Positions 55,785 to 64,000 of a stretch of DNA of 64,000 nt are shown piece after piece. A program made the position numbers and the translations under genes. This stretch comes from an uncultured Acidobacteriota bacterium. Lineage in GTDB: Bacteria; Acidobacteriota; Terriglobia; Acidiferrales; UBA7541. Positions within the stretch are counted from its first letter, which is position 1, and the number at the start of each line of letters is the position of its first letter. The notes beneath the pieces were generated by a model. The model was not told where the DNA came from and did not search any database. It saw only the letters and a list, made by a program, of their open reading frames with translations. The DNA lies in contig CAWIAM010000015.1 of the NCBI GenBank assembly GCA_963834215.1, forward strand, positions 43,881 through 107,880. The letters run 5' to 3'.

Positions 55785-58700
55785 GCCGCTCCTCCTTCGG
55801 ATCCTGCCTCCGCGCTCGCTGCCGCCGGCGCCACCGCCGCACCCTTGCTACGCGCCGATATTCTTTCGACCACGTCAAACGTCACCGGAATCAGGAAGAT
55901 CGCGATAACGGAGGCAGCCAACATGCCCCCAATGACGGTTGTTCCAAGCTCGCGCCGCGAAACGCCTCCCGAACCGGTGGCGATCCACAGCGGAACGCAT
56001 CCCAGAATGAACGCGAATGCAGTCATCAAAATCGGCCGCAAACGGAGCCGTGCCCCGGCCAGCGCCGCGTCCGCAATACTTTTTCCTTTCTCGTATTCGT
56101 ACTTCGCAAACTCCACGATCAAAATTGCGTTCTTCGCCGACAGTCCGATCAGCATCACCAGACCAATCTGCGCGTACACATCATTGTCGAATTTCCGCAG
56201 CCATAGCGTAGCGAACGCACCAAATACCGCGATCGGTGTTCCGAGCAAGACGCTGAACGGCAAAGACCAGCTTTCGTACTGCGCCGCCAGAATCAAGAAC
56301 ACGAAGACAAGCGACAAGCCAAAAATTGCCGAAGCGGGCACGCCCTGGGACGCCCTTTGCTCTTGATAAGACATACCCAGCCAGTCATAGCCCATCTCGT
56401 GCGGCATCGTTTGCGCGAATACTTCTTCGAGCGCCTTGGTCACTTGTCCGGAACTGTATCCCGGCGCCGCGCTGGTATTGATTTGCGCCGCCTCGTACTC
56501 GTTGTAACGCATCGTGAATTCGGGCCCGGCGATCGGCTTGATCTTCGTCAGCGCACTTAAGGGCACGCTCGTGCCGCCCGCATTGCTCACGTAAAACTGC
56601 CCGACGTTCTCCGTGCGCGTTCGATAATCTCCTTCCGCCTCCACATACACCTGCCACTGGCGTCCGAACCGGTTGAAATAATTCACCAGATAGCCGCCCA
56701 TAAAAGTCTGCATCGTCTCGTACACGTCGCCGATATTCACTCCCTGGCGCATCACCTTGGCGCGGTCCACATCCACATAAACCTGCGGCACGTGCGGCGT
56801 GTAAGTTGTGATGATCCCCGCAAGTTCGGGCCGCTTGCCGGCGGCCGCCATAAACTTGTCCACGTTTTGCGCCAGGAACTCCTGACCGCTGCCGGAGCGA
56901 TCCTCCAGGACAAACGTGGCCCCTCCCGAAGCTCCTACTCCCAGAATGGCGGGCGGCGGAAAGGAAAATGCGATGCCCTGATTCAATTGTGAGAGCGCGC
57001 CCGCAAGATGCTGTTGAATCGCCGTGTACTGTTCGTCCGCCTTCTTGCGCTTGTCCCAATCCTTGAGCGTCACGAAAAAGAACGAGTTGTAGGTGTTCTG
57101 CGTGAAACTCAAGAGGCTGAATCCCACCACCGACGTGCAGCCCTGCACGCCAGGCGTTTTCAGGATAACGTCTTCCACTTTCGCCGCGCCTTCCTCTGTG
57201 CGCTGCAGTGAAGACGCGTCCGGCAGAACCATGGCCACGAACACATAACCCTGGTCTTCATCCGGCAGGAACGACGAAGGCAACCTTCCGCCGATCAAGA
57301 GCGCTGCTACGGCCATCAGCGCAAGAAACACAAGACTGATTCCCGACTTGCGTATCAGCACGGCGCAAAAGCCAATGTAGCCGTCCGTGGCCTTTCCGAA
57401 CACGCGATTGAACCCCTTGAAGAACCGAGCCAGCGGGCCGTGATTCTCTGTCTTCGGTTTCAAGAGCAAAGCGCAAAGCGCCGGGCTTAGCGACAAAGCA
57501 TTGAACGCGGAAAACAGCACAGATATAGCGATGGTCACGGCGAATTGCTGATACAACCGGCCGGTAATTCCAGGAATGAATACGGTAGGAACGAACACAG
57601 CCGTAAGAATCAAAGCGATGGCGACGACTGGCCCGGACACTTCCTCCATTGCCTTGATGGACGCGTCACGTGGCGTCATGCCTTCTTCAATGTGGTGTTC
57701 CACGGCCTCGACCACCACGATCGCGTCGTCCACCACCAATCCGATCGCCAGCACCAATCCAAACAAAGACAACGTGTTGATCGAAAAACCTAAAAGTGGA
57801 AATACGATGAACGTGCCGATCAACGACACTGGCACAGCCAGCATCGGAATCAGCGTCGCGCGCCATCCTTGCAGGAATATATAAACCACCAGAATCACCA
57901 GCACCAACGCTATGAATAGCGTTTGCACGATTTCCTTGATCCCCGCGGAAACTGCCAGCGTTGTGTCCAGGCCAACTTCCGAAGACAGGTCGGCAGGAAA
58001 TCTCTGCTTCAGTTCGCTCATGCGTTTGCGGACGCCGAGCGCGGCTTGCACAGCGTTTGCTCCGGGCAGCTGATAAACCGCGAGAATGGCGGAAGGCTTG
58101 CCATTGTAGCGGCCCTTCAGATCGTAGGTTTGAGCGCCCAATTCGACGCGCGCTACGTCCTTCAACCGCAATGTTGAACCATCGGGATTCGATCGAATGA
58201 TGATTTGGCCAAATTCTTCGGCGGAAACCAACCTGCCCTGCGCTCGCACCGTGTACGTGAACGGCTGTCCCGTAGGGACCGGCTCGCCGCCCACTTTTCC
58301 GGCCGGGTTCACCGTATTCTGCGTTTGAATTGCGCCCACGATTTGCGGAACTGTGACGCTCAACTTTGCCAATTGATCCGGCTTCACCCACACGCGCATG
58401 GCATACTGCCCGGCGCCGAAAACCTGCACGCGCGATATGCCCGGCACTCGCGTAAGCTCATCAACCAGATTGATGTAGGCATAATTCGCAAGAAAAATGC
58501 TGTCGTACGTGCTATGGGGAGAATAAAGGTCAATCAGCATCATCGGGGCGGTGAGCGATTTCTGCACCGTCACGCCAGCCGTGTTCACTTCAGGGGGAAG
58601 CTGAGATACGGCCTGAGATTCGCGCAAATCCGTCAGCACCTGGTCAATGTTGGGATCGGTCTTCACATCGAAATCAACAATGAGCGTCGTCTGTCCGTTA

Positions 58701-58951
58701 TTCGCGTTCAGCGAATACATGTAGTTCATGTTGTCCACGCCGCTCATCTGCTGCTCGATCGGCGTGGCCACCGATTCCTCTAGCGTCTTCGCGTCGGCGC
58801 CCGGGTAAGTCGCCTGTACCTGGATTTCCGGCGGGACGATATTAGGGAACTGCGCGGTCGGCAACTGCAGCATCGACACAATTCCGACAATCACCGTCAA
58901 AATGGCGATGACCATGGCCACAATCGGCCGATCGATGAAAAATTTCGACAT
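55781..58951 (-). CDS. RND multidrug efflux permease (HAE1, AcrB/MexB-like)
   Basis: [23 protein letters not shown]... is a canonical HAE1 N-terminus; about 1056 aa from ATG 58951. The ORF-track start at 59074 would overlap the adaptor gene. Confidence 0.95.
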   Translation of the reverse strand: MSKFFIDRPIVAMVIAILTVIVGIVSMLQLPTAQFPNIVPPEIQVQATYPGADAKTLEESVATPIEQQMSGVDNMNYMYSLNANNGQTTLIVDFDVKTDPNIDQVLTDLRESQAVSQLPPEVNTAGVTVQKSLTAPMMLIDLYSPHSTYDSIFLANYAYINLVDELTRVPGISRVQVFGAGQYAMRVWVKPDQLAKLSVTVPQIVGAIQTQNTVNPAGKVGGEPVPTGQPFTYTVRAQGRLVSAEEFGQIIIRSNPDGSTLRLKDVARVELGAQTYDLKGRYNGKPSAILAVYQLPGANAVQAALGVRKRMSELKQRFPADLSSEVGLDTTLAVSAGIKEIVQTLFIALVLVILVVYIFLQGWRATLIPMLAVPVSLIGTFIVFPLLGFSINTLSLFGLVLAIGLVVDDAIVVVEAVEHHIEEGMTPRDASIKAMEEVSGPVVAIALILTAVFVPTVFIPGITGRLYQQFAVTIAISVLFSAFNALSLSPALCALLLKPKTENHGPLARFFKGFNRVFGKATDGYIGFCAVLIRKSGISLVFLALMAVAALLIGGRLPSSFLPDEDQGYVFVAMVLPDASSLQRTEEGAAKVEDVILKTPGVQGCTSVVGFSLLSFTQNTYNSFFFVTLKDWDKRKKADEQYTAIQQHLAGALSQLNQGIAFSFPPPAILGVGASGGATFVLEDRSGSGQEFLAQNVDKFMAAAGKRPELAGIITTYTPHVPQVYVDVDRAKVMRQGVNIGDVYETMQTFMGGYLVNYFNRFGRQWQVYVEAEGDYRTRTENVGQFYVSNAGGTSVPLSALTKIKPIAGPEFTMRYNEYEAAQINTSAAPGYSSGQVTKALEEVFAQTMPHEMGYDWLGMSYQEQRASQGVPASAIFGLSLVFVFLILAAQYESWSLPFSVLLGTPIAVFGAFATLWLRKFDNDVYAQIGLVMLIGLSAKNAILIVEFAKYEYEKGKSIADAALAGARLRLRPILMTAFAFILGCVPLWIATGSGGVSRRELGTTVIGGMLAASVIAIFLIPVTFDVVERISARSKGAAVAPAAASAEAGSEGGAA

Positions 58952-58953
58952 GG

Positions 58954-60141
58954 TCAGTTGCCCCCGTCCTGCGTCTTGTCCGGCACTGGCTTCACTGTCG
59001 CTCCGTCGCCGACTTTCTGAATTCCTTCGGTGATCACGCGGTCGTCTAGCTTCAGTCCCTGCGCGATAATCCACATGGACCCCACTCGTTCACCCACCGT
59101 CACCGTGCGAATGGTCACCTTGTTATCTTCGCCGACGGTCGCCACCTGATAACTTCCCTGCAGTTCGGAAACCGCCTGCTGTGGAATCAACAGCGCGCCC
59201 TTTTTGAAATCCTCCACAGCGCGCACCCGCCCGAATTGGCCGGGACGCAAAATATTGCCCGGATTTGCAAACGTCCCGACCATGCGGATCGTTCCGGTCG
59301 TCGGATCCACTTGGCGATCCGCAAAAATAATTTGTCCCTTCTCGGAATAAGTGCTGCCGTTCGCGAGAATCAGGTCCAGAGGAACGCGGCTGGTGTGTGA
59401 GAAAAAATCCACTGAGCCCGCAATCTTGTCCGCGATCCGCAAGTATTCCTGCTCGCTGATCGGGAAATAAACTTTGATAGGATTCACCTTCGACACCGTC
59501 GTCAACACCGTGCTGGTTCCCACCAGATTGCCGATCTGCGTCTGCGCGATGCCGGCAATCCCGTCAATGAGTGAGTGGACTTTGGTGAATCCCAGATTCA
59601 GCTCGGCCTGTTCCACCGCCGCTTGGTCGGCTTGCACCGTCGCTTCCGCGGCGAGCTTGGCTTGCACGTCATTGTCGAGTTGGCTTTGTGGAATTGCGTG
59701 CAGCTTTGCAACCGGCGTGTCGCGGTTCACATTGATTATCGCGAGGCCCAGCTGCGCGTTCGCTTGGGCGAGTTGACCCTTGGCTTGGTCCAGGACGGCT
59801 TGAAAAGGGCGCGGGTCAATCTCAAAAAGCACATCGCCTTCGTGTACGAACGCGCCTTCCCGGTAATTTTGCTTGATAAGGTAACCGCCGACTTCCGGCT
59901 GTATCTGCGCGGTCGTAAAACCCTCAAGCGTGGCGACCCAATCGCCATAAATGGGCACGTCCTTCTGAGTAACGCTCACGACGGAAACAACCGGCGGCGC
60001 CATCGCAGCCGGAACTTTTTGCGCGCAGCCTCCTCCGATCACAGCCGATGTCATGGCGAGCGCGGCGAACGCGGCGCACTTGCGGAAACGTGTTACCGTT
60101 CGGCCGTAATCGTGGATTCCCGCTTCCTTCCCGTCTAGCAT
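58954..60141 (-). CDS. RND efflux periplasmic adaptor lipoprotein (AcrA/MexA-like)
   Basis: Signal peptide with IGGGC lipobox, [44 protein letters not shown], and a coiled-coil hairpin. The start at ATG 60141 is uncertain. Confidence 0.85.
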   Translation of the reverse strand: MLDGKEAGIHDYGRTVTRFRKCAAFAALAMTSAVIGGGCAQKVPAAMAPPVVSVVSVTQKDVPIYGDWVATLEGFTTAQIQPEVGGYLIKQNYREGAFVHEGDVLFEIDPRPFQAVLDQAKGQLAQANAQLGLAIINVNRDTPVAKLHAIPQSQLDNDVQAKLAAEATVQADQAAVEQAELNLGFTKVHSLIDGIAGIAQTQIGNLVGTSTVLTTVSKVNPIKVYFPISEQEYLRIADKIAGSVDFFSHTSRVPLDLILANGSTYSEKGQIIFADRQVDPTTGTIRMVGTFANPGNILRPGQFGRVRAVEDFKKGALLIPQQAVSELQGSYQVATVGEDNKVTIRTVTVGERVGSMWIIAQGLKLDDRVITEGIQKVGDGATVKPVPDKTQDGGN

Positions 60142-60356
60142 CCGGACCGAAGTGAAAATCTCGCGCGCTTGTGAAAAAGTGCTCTTCCACAACCATCGTC
60201 GCGTCGCCGCTACTGTCATCGCTTGTTTTCCCCCGAGGGTTTCCACATCGAATGCCGACATTGATTCGTGCTCGACCGAACGACAAAAGGCGCTTTGACT
60301 CGCTTAGATGCATAACCCGCCAGGCCGATTCACATATATCTGTCTCGCTTTGAAAC

Positions 60357-60376
60357 AATAGCAAGCACTTGCTATT
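60357..60376. promoter_or_regulatory. 20-bp perfect palindrome, candidate MarR operator
   Basis: AATAGCAAG-CA-CTTGCTATT ends 11 nt upstream of the marR-family ATG (60388), in the divergent intergenic region shared with the efflux operon. Confidence 0.45.
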
Positions 60377-60387
60377 ATTGTCGAGCG

Positions 60388-60909
60388 ATGAAGCCGGTAC
60401 TCGATCCGCAGAATAGCCCCAGCTGCCTGATGTCGCAGCTTACTCATACGCTGCGACAGGAAATTGCCACAGCGCTCGCGGATATGAATCTCACGGTTTT
60501 GCAGATCGAGGTTCTCGCACACCTCGCGATGGACCATTCTCTCTCCACGGCCGATCTCGCGCGGCTCACGTTCGTCACTCCTCAAAATATGAGCTTGGCG
60601 GTTTCCCGGCTTGCCGATCGCGCTTACTTGGTTCGCCGCGCACATGCCACAAATGCCCGGATCAATCGCCTTGCTCTCACCGCCAAAGGCAGGCGCGTCT
60701 TGTATAAAGCGGTGGCGCGCGCCAAGAAAATCGAAGCTGTCGTGTTCGGCGCCCTCACACCGCGCCAAGGCTCCGCCTTCTTGGGCTCTCTGCGGAAATG
60801 CCTCGGCCGATTCGAAAACACTCCGGCGCATAAACCCTTGCATCCCGCGCGGCGGCGTGCCACGAACAGCAGCAGACGCCGGGCCCCGAAATCCCACACG
60901 CCGAAATAA
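60388..60909 (+). CDS. MarR-family transcriptional regulator
   Basis: Winged-HTH region LTVLQIEVLAHLAMDHSLSTADLARLTFVTPQNMSLAVSRLADRAYLVRRAH...INRLALTAKGR. Transcribed divergently from the RND operon. Confidence 0.85.
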   Translation: MKPVLDPQNSPSCLMSQLTHTLRQEIATALADMNLTVLQIEVLAHLAMDHSLSTADLARLTFVTPQNMSLAVSRLADRAYLVRRAHATNARINRLALTAKGRRVLYKAVARAKKIEAVVFGALTPRQGSAFLGSLRKCLGRFENTPAHKPLHPARRRATNSSRRRAPKSHTPK

Positions 60910-61025
60910 TCGCGCAACAATCCACGCGGCACTTGCAACTTTTCGTTAGTCACTATAATGTAAGGGCCACTATCGCAATTATGCCGCGCGCTGCAGGCGG
61001 CGCACCAAGCGGGAGGGCCGGTATC

Positions 61026-61727
61026 ATGCGCCGCGCCAAAAATGCTCTGCGACGAGCGCCAACGTCCGAGGAAGTCGGCACCGAAACGCCTAAAACAGCA
61101 CATAGTCGTCCTTCCTTGATAAAGGGCCAGGCGACCGGGCTTCGCGAACGCAAGAAGGAACGCCTCCGCCAGCAGATCGTCGAAACTTCCCTGCATCTCT
61201 TCCGCCAGCGCGGCTATGAGAACACCCGCATAGACGACATCGTGCAAAGTCTGGAAATCAGCCAGCCGACATTTTTCCGTTATTTCCCCAGCAAGGATGC
61301 GGTGTTGCGTGAAGTCGGACGTCGCGCTTTCGCCCGCCAAGCCGAAAGCCTAAAATTAGAACTATCCTCCAAAGCCACCACCGAGCAGCGCTTGCGCCGC
61401 TTTTACGAAAGCCTGGGAAATGTCACCGAGGTAGGTCGCCCGCTTTGGCAGGCCGTCATCCTCGCGGGTGCGATGGATCCGGTTCGCTCTCCGGAATTGC
61501 GCGGAGCGGAAGCAGCCGCCGTGAGCCTCTTGCGCGAAATTATCGCTGAGGGTCAAAAGAACGGCGAGATCACCCGAGATTTTCCCGTCGTTCACCTCGC
61601 CGAATTCATGGAAGGGCTTTTCAACACGGTGGTCCGCCAATGGGCCGTGGATCTCACCGGACCTCACAAGCTCACCGAGAGAGTTCGCAACGCGGTTGAA
61701 TTTTTCCTGCGCGGCGCCCGGCCATAG
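61026..61727 (+). CDS. TetR/AcrR-family transcriptional regulator
   Basis: TetR HTH region RERKKERLRQQIVETSLHLFRQRGYENTRIDDIVQSLEISQPTFFRYFPSKDAVL. ATG at 61026 has GGGAGGG upstream; the start is uncertain (the ORF track gives 60933). Confidence 0.8.
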   Translation: MRRAKNALRRAPTSEEVGTETPKTAHSRPSLIKGQATGLRERKKERLRQQIVETSLHLFRQRGYENTRIDDIVQSLEISQPTFFRYFPSKDAVLREVGRRAFARQAESLKLELSSKATTEQRLRRFYESLGNVTEVGRPLWQAVILAGAMDPVRSPELRGAEAAAVSLLREIIAEGQKNGEITRDFPVVHLAEFMEGLFNTVVRQWAVDLTGPHKLTERVRNAVEFFLRGARP

Positions 61728-61742
61728 TCGGCAGCACCCGCG

Positions 61743-62762
61743 ATGAAAGCCGCCATCCTCCGCGAATTCAGAGAGCCGCTCAGCATCGAAGAGATCGCTC
61801 AGCCAACGCCGGGCCCGGACGAAGTCTTGATCGCGGTGGAAGCCTGCGGCGTGTGCCATTCGGATTTGCATCTCGCCGACGGCGATTGGCCCCAGCTCGT
61901 TCCCATCACCAAACGGCCCTTAATCCTCGGCCACGAAATAGCCGGTCGCGTCGTCGAGAAAGGCGCATCCGTCGACGGTCTCAACCTGGGCGATCGCGTC
62001 GGCGTTCCCTGGCTGCACTGGTCGTGCGGCGCCTGCGAATTCTGCCGCGAGGGCAATGAGAATCTCTGCGCCCAACAAAAAATTACGGGCGTAACCGTGG
62101 ATGGAGGCTATGCGGAATTCGTCACAGCTCCGGCGACTCACGCACTAAAAATTCCTGACGCGCTTTCCAGTGCGGACGCCGCTCCTCTTTTTTGCGCCGG
62201 CGTCACGGTGTACCGCGCCTTGCAACACGCGAGCATAAAACCGGGCCAGCGCTTGGCGGTCTTTGGCGTCGGTGGCCTCGGTCATCTCGCCATACAGATC
62301 GCCAAGGAAATGGGAGCAATCATCACCGCCGTGGATGTTTCCGACGAAAAGCTCGCGCATGCCGCAAGCCTCGGCGCATCGGCAACTCTGAATACGGCCA
62401 ACTTAAATGTTGTGAAGGAATTGCGCCGCGCGGGCGGCGTGCATGCCGCCCTGGTGACTTCCGCCTCCAAAGCCGCCTACGACGCAGCGTTCAAATGCGT
62501 CCGGCCCACCGGAATTCTACTCGTCGTAGGGCTTCCTTCCGAGCCCATCTGCTTCGCTCCCATCTCAATGGCGGCGTCCGAGATTCGTATCCAGGCATCT
62601 TCGGTCGGCACGCGTGAAGATCTGCGTCGGGTGCTGGCCATGGCGGCCGCTGGCAAGCTCCGCTGCCAGGTCGCATCCCGTCCCCTGGCGCAAGCGAATG
62701 AAGTGCTCGCCGAATTACGCAAAGGGACGGTTTCCGGACGCATCGTGCTCACACCTCGCTAA
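61743..62762 (+). CDS. Zinc-dependent alcohol dehydrogenase (MDR family)
   Basis: GVCHSDLH catalytic Zn motif, structural Zn Cys cluster CGACEFCREGNENLC, and NAD-binding VFGVGGLGH. Confidence 0.9.
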   Translation: MKAAILREFREPLSIEEIAQPTPGPDEVLIAVEACGVCHSDLHLADGDWPQLVPITKRPLILGHEIAGRVVEKGASVDGLNLGDRVGVPWLHWSCGACEFCREGNENLCAQQKITGVTVDGGYAEFVTAPATHALKIPDALSSADAAPLFCAGVTVYRALQHASIKPGQRLAVFGVGGLGHLAIQIAKEMGAIITAVDVSDEKLAHAASLGASATLNTANLNVVKELRRAGGVHAALVTSASKAAYDAAFKCVRPTGILLVVGLPSEPICFAPISMAASEIRIQASSVGTREDLRRVLAMAAAGKLRCQVASRPLAQANEVLAELRKGTVSGRIVLTPR

Positions 62763-63158
62763 GGCCTCGCACCACGCCGGCCTGATTTGCGCTGGTGCTA
62801 GTCTAAAACTCCCTCCGGGCAGCACCATCGATATTCCTGATGTGCCCCATCAGTTTTCGTGTTGACGTTAGTAACTCTAATGTGATACCTACACTCACAA
62901 TTCGTGTGAACGGCAGGGGTGGCCGTGCATCGCCGATACCGCGAAGAGCCGTCTCCAAAAGTGTTTCGAGTGGAACTCCGAATGGAACACGCATCTCAAG
63001 CTCGCTGCTTCGGTCCGGGAGACGAACCGACGACGCCTCTGCGCCGTCACCAAGCAGGCTCACGCCAAGTTCATAACCCGCGAGCTCCTCGACTCAGCCC
63101 GCGCCAATCGTCCCACGGCCCAATCTCAGAGGTGTCCGAAGATTCAAAAGGAGGAGCC

Positions 63159-64000
63159 ATGAGAGCAATAATCTCATTCTCAGGTGTCTTGGTGCTGGCG
63201 GTCTGTTCGCTGCTCGCGGTCCCGGCAGCGCACGCCCAGGGTGTGGGCGATTCGGGCAGCCTGAGCGGCACGATCACCGATCCGTCAGGCGCGTTGATCC
63301 CCAAGGGAAGCGTGACGGCTTTGGATGCCACTCACGGTGTGCGGCTCACGGTTGCCGTAGACGCCAATGGCCAATATCGCTTTAGCAATCTTCCTCCGGG
63401 CATCTACGACGTCACCACGCAAATCCCCGGCTTTCAATCCGTAGTGCAAAAGGGCTTCGTCATCACCGTCGGACAAGCGGCCAATCTGGATTTTCGTCTG
63501 CAGGTCGCGACAACGACTTCAGTAGTAGAAGTCTCCGCCGCGCCGCCGGTCGTGGAAACAGAACGCGGCAGCCAGGCGAACACCATCACTCAGGATTACA
63601 TCGAGGATCTCCCGATTGACCGCCGCGACTACCTCAACTTCACTTTGCTGCTCCCGGGCGTCTCCGATTCTACACGCCTTGCGGACGACCAGGACTTTCG
63701 CGTCAAGCAGACTCCGCAAAGCGGTCTTTCCTTCTACGGAAGCAATGGCCGCGGCAACAGCGTCACAGTGGACGGCGGCGAGACGCAGGACGACGCGGGC
63801 GGCGTGCGCCTCACCGTAAGCCAGGACGCCGTGCAAGAGTTCCAAGTGAATCGCAGCAACTACGCGGCAGACCTCGGCGGCGCGAGCGGCGCTTCTGTGA
63901 ACATCGTCACAAAATCAGGCAGTAACGCAGTGCACGGCAGCGCTTACAGTTATTTCCGCAATAGCGCGATGGATGCGCGCGACCCGTTCGCCTTCAACCA
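63159..64000 (+). CDS. TonB-dependent receptor with CarboxypepD_reg N-terminal domain (5' part; runs off the window end)
   Basis: Absent from the ORF track because it is open at the window edge. ATG at 63159 is preceded by AAAGGAGGAG. MRAIISFSGVLVLAVCSLLAVPAAHAQ...GSLSGTITDPSGALIPKGSVTALDATHG...GQYRFSNLPPGIYDVTTQIPGFQ...VTVDGGETQDD...ASVNIVTKSGSN (plug motifs). Confidence 0.85.
   Translation, partial: MRAIISFSGVLVLAVCSLLAVPAAHAQGVGDSGSLSGTITDPSGALIPKGSVTALDATHGVRLTVAVDANGQYRFSNLPPGIYDVTTQIPGFQSVVQKGFVITVGQAANLDFRLQVATTTSVVEVSAAPPVVETERGSQANTITQDYIEDLPIDRRDYLNFTLLLPGVSDSTRLADDQDFRVKQTPQSGLSFYGSNGRGNSVTVDGGETQDDAGGVRLTVSQDAVQEFQVNRSNYAADLGGASGASVNIVTKSGSNAVHGSAYSYFRNSAMDARDPFAFN

Noticed and set aside
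55203-56366. 387-aa plus-strand ORF spanning the NodT/RND junction
   Set aside because: It is antisense to two well-supported efflux genes. It is Arg/Ala/Ser-rich and low in complexity.

Overview
High-GC (roughly 58-60% by eye) chromosomal segment. The gene content (CarboxypepD_reg-type TonB-dependent receptors, an Acidobacteria-type VWA protein, an FG-GAP/ASPIC protein, exported glycosidases) suggests Acidobacteriota; this taxonomy is inference only. I saw no rRNA, tRNA, CRISPR array, transposase or integrase.

Contents in order:
(1) 1-4.8 kb: a partner-switching module (RsbW-like kinase, two STAS paralogs, PAS-PP2C phosphatase) next to a partial ECF sigma gene and a GAF-type sigma-54 activator. 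Two divergent sigma-54-type promoters and a repeat-rich candidate UAS lie between the operons.
(2) 6.2-12.8 kb: an RND efflux operon.
(3) 13.6-23.2 kb: a single-strand respiratory cluster. It comprises a pentaheme lipoprotein cytochrome, a TPR protein, an outer-membrane beta-barrel, a 15-heme cytochrome, a NapC/NirT tetraheme quinol dehydrogenase, a membrane cNMP-binding protein, a monoheme cytochrome c and an NDH-2 fused to a cNMP-binding domain. I read this as a candidate porin-cytochrome electron conduit under cyclic-nucleotide control, and it is the most interesting system in the window.
(4) 23.6-30.9 kb: a VWA protein, a 1042-aa orphan exported protein and a two-component system.
(5) 31.6-35.6 kb: a cupredoxin/porin operon and a Tat-exported ferritin-like protein.
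(6) 36.4-40.1 kb: a TonB-dependent receptor broken by at least 10 frame changes.
(7) 40.4-48.5 kb: FG-GAP/ASPIC, TPR, GH3, UPF0303, HAD, and a Tat-signal GH1 whose acid/base Glu is replaced by Met.
(8) 48.7-54.4 kb: selenocysteine formate dehydrogenase-N (fdnGHI-fdhE). The ORF track splits fdnG at the in-frame TGA.
(9) 54.4-60.9 kb: a MarR-controlled RND efflux operon.
(10) 61-64 kb: TetR, a Zn-ADH and a second (partial) TonB-dependent receptor.

Several gene remnants and two single-nucleotide frameshifts inside the cytochrome operon need read-level verification. All functional calls rest on motif recognition by eye; no database search was possible.
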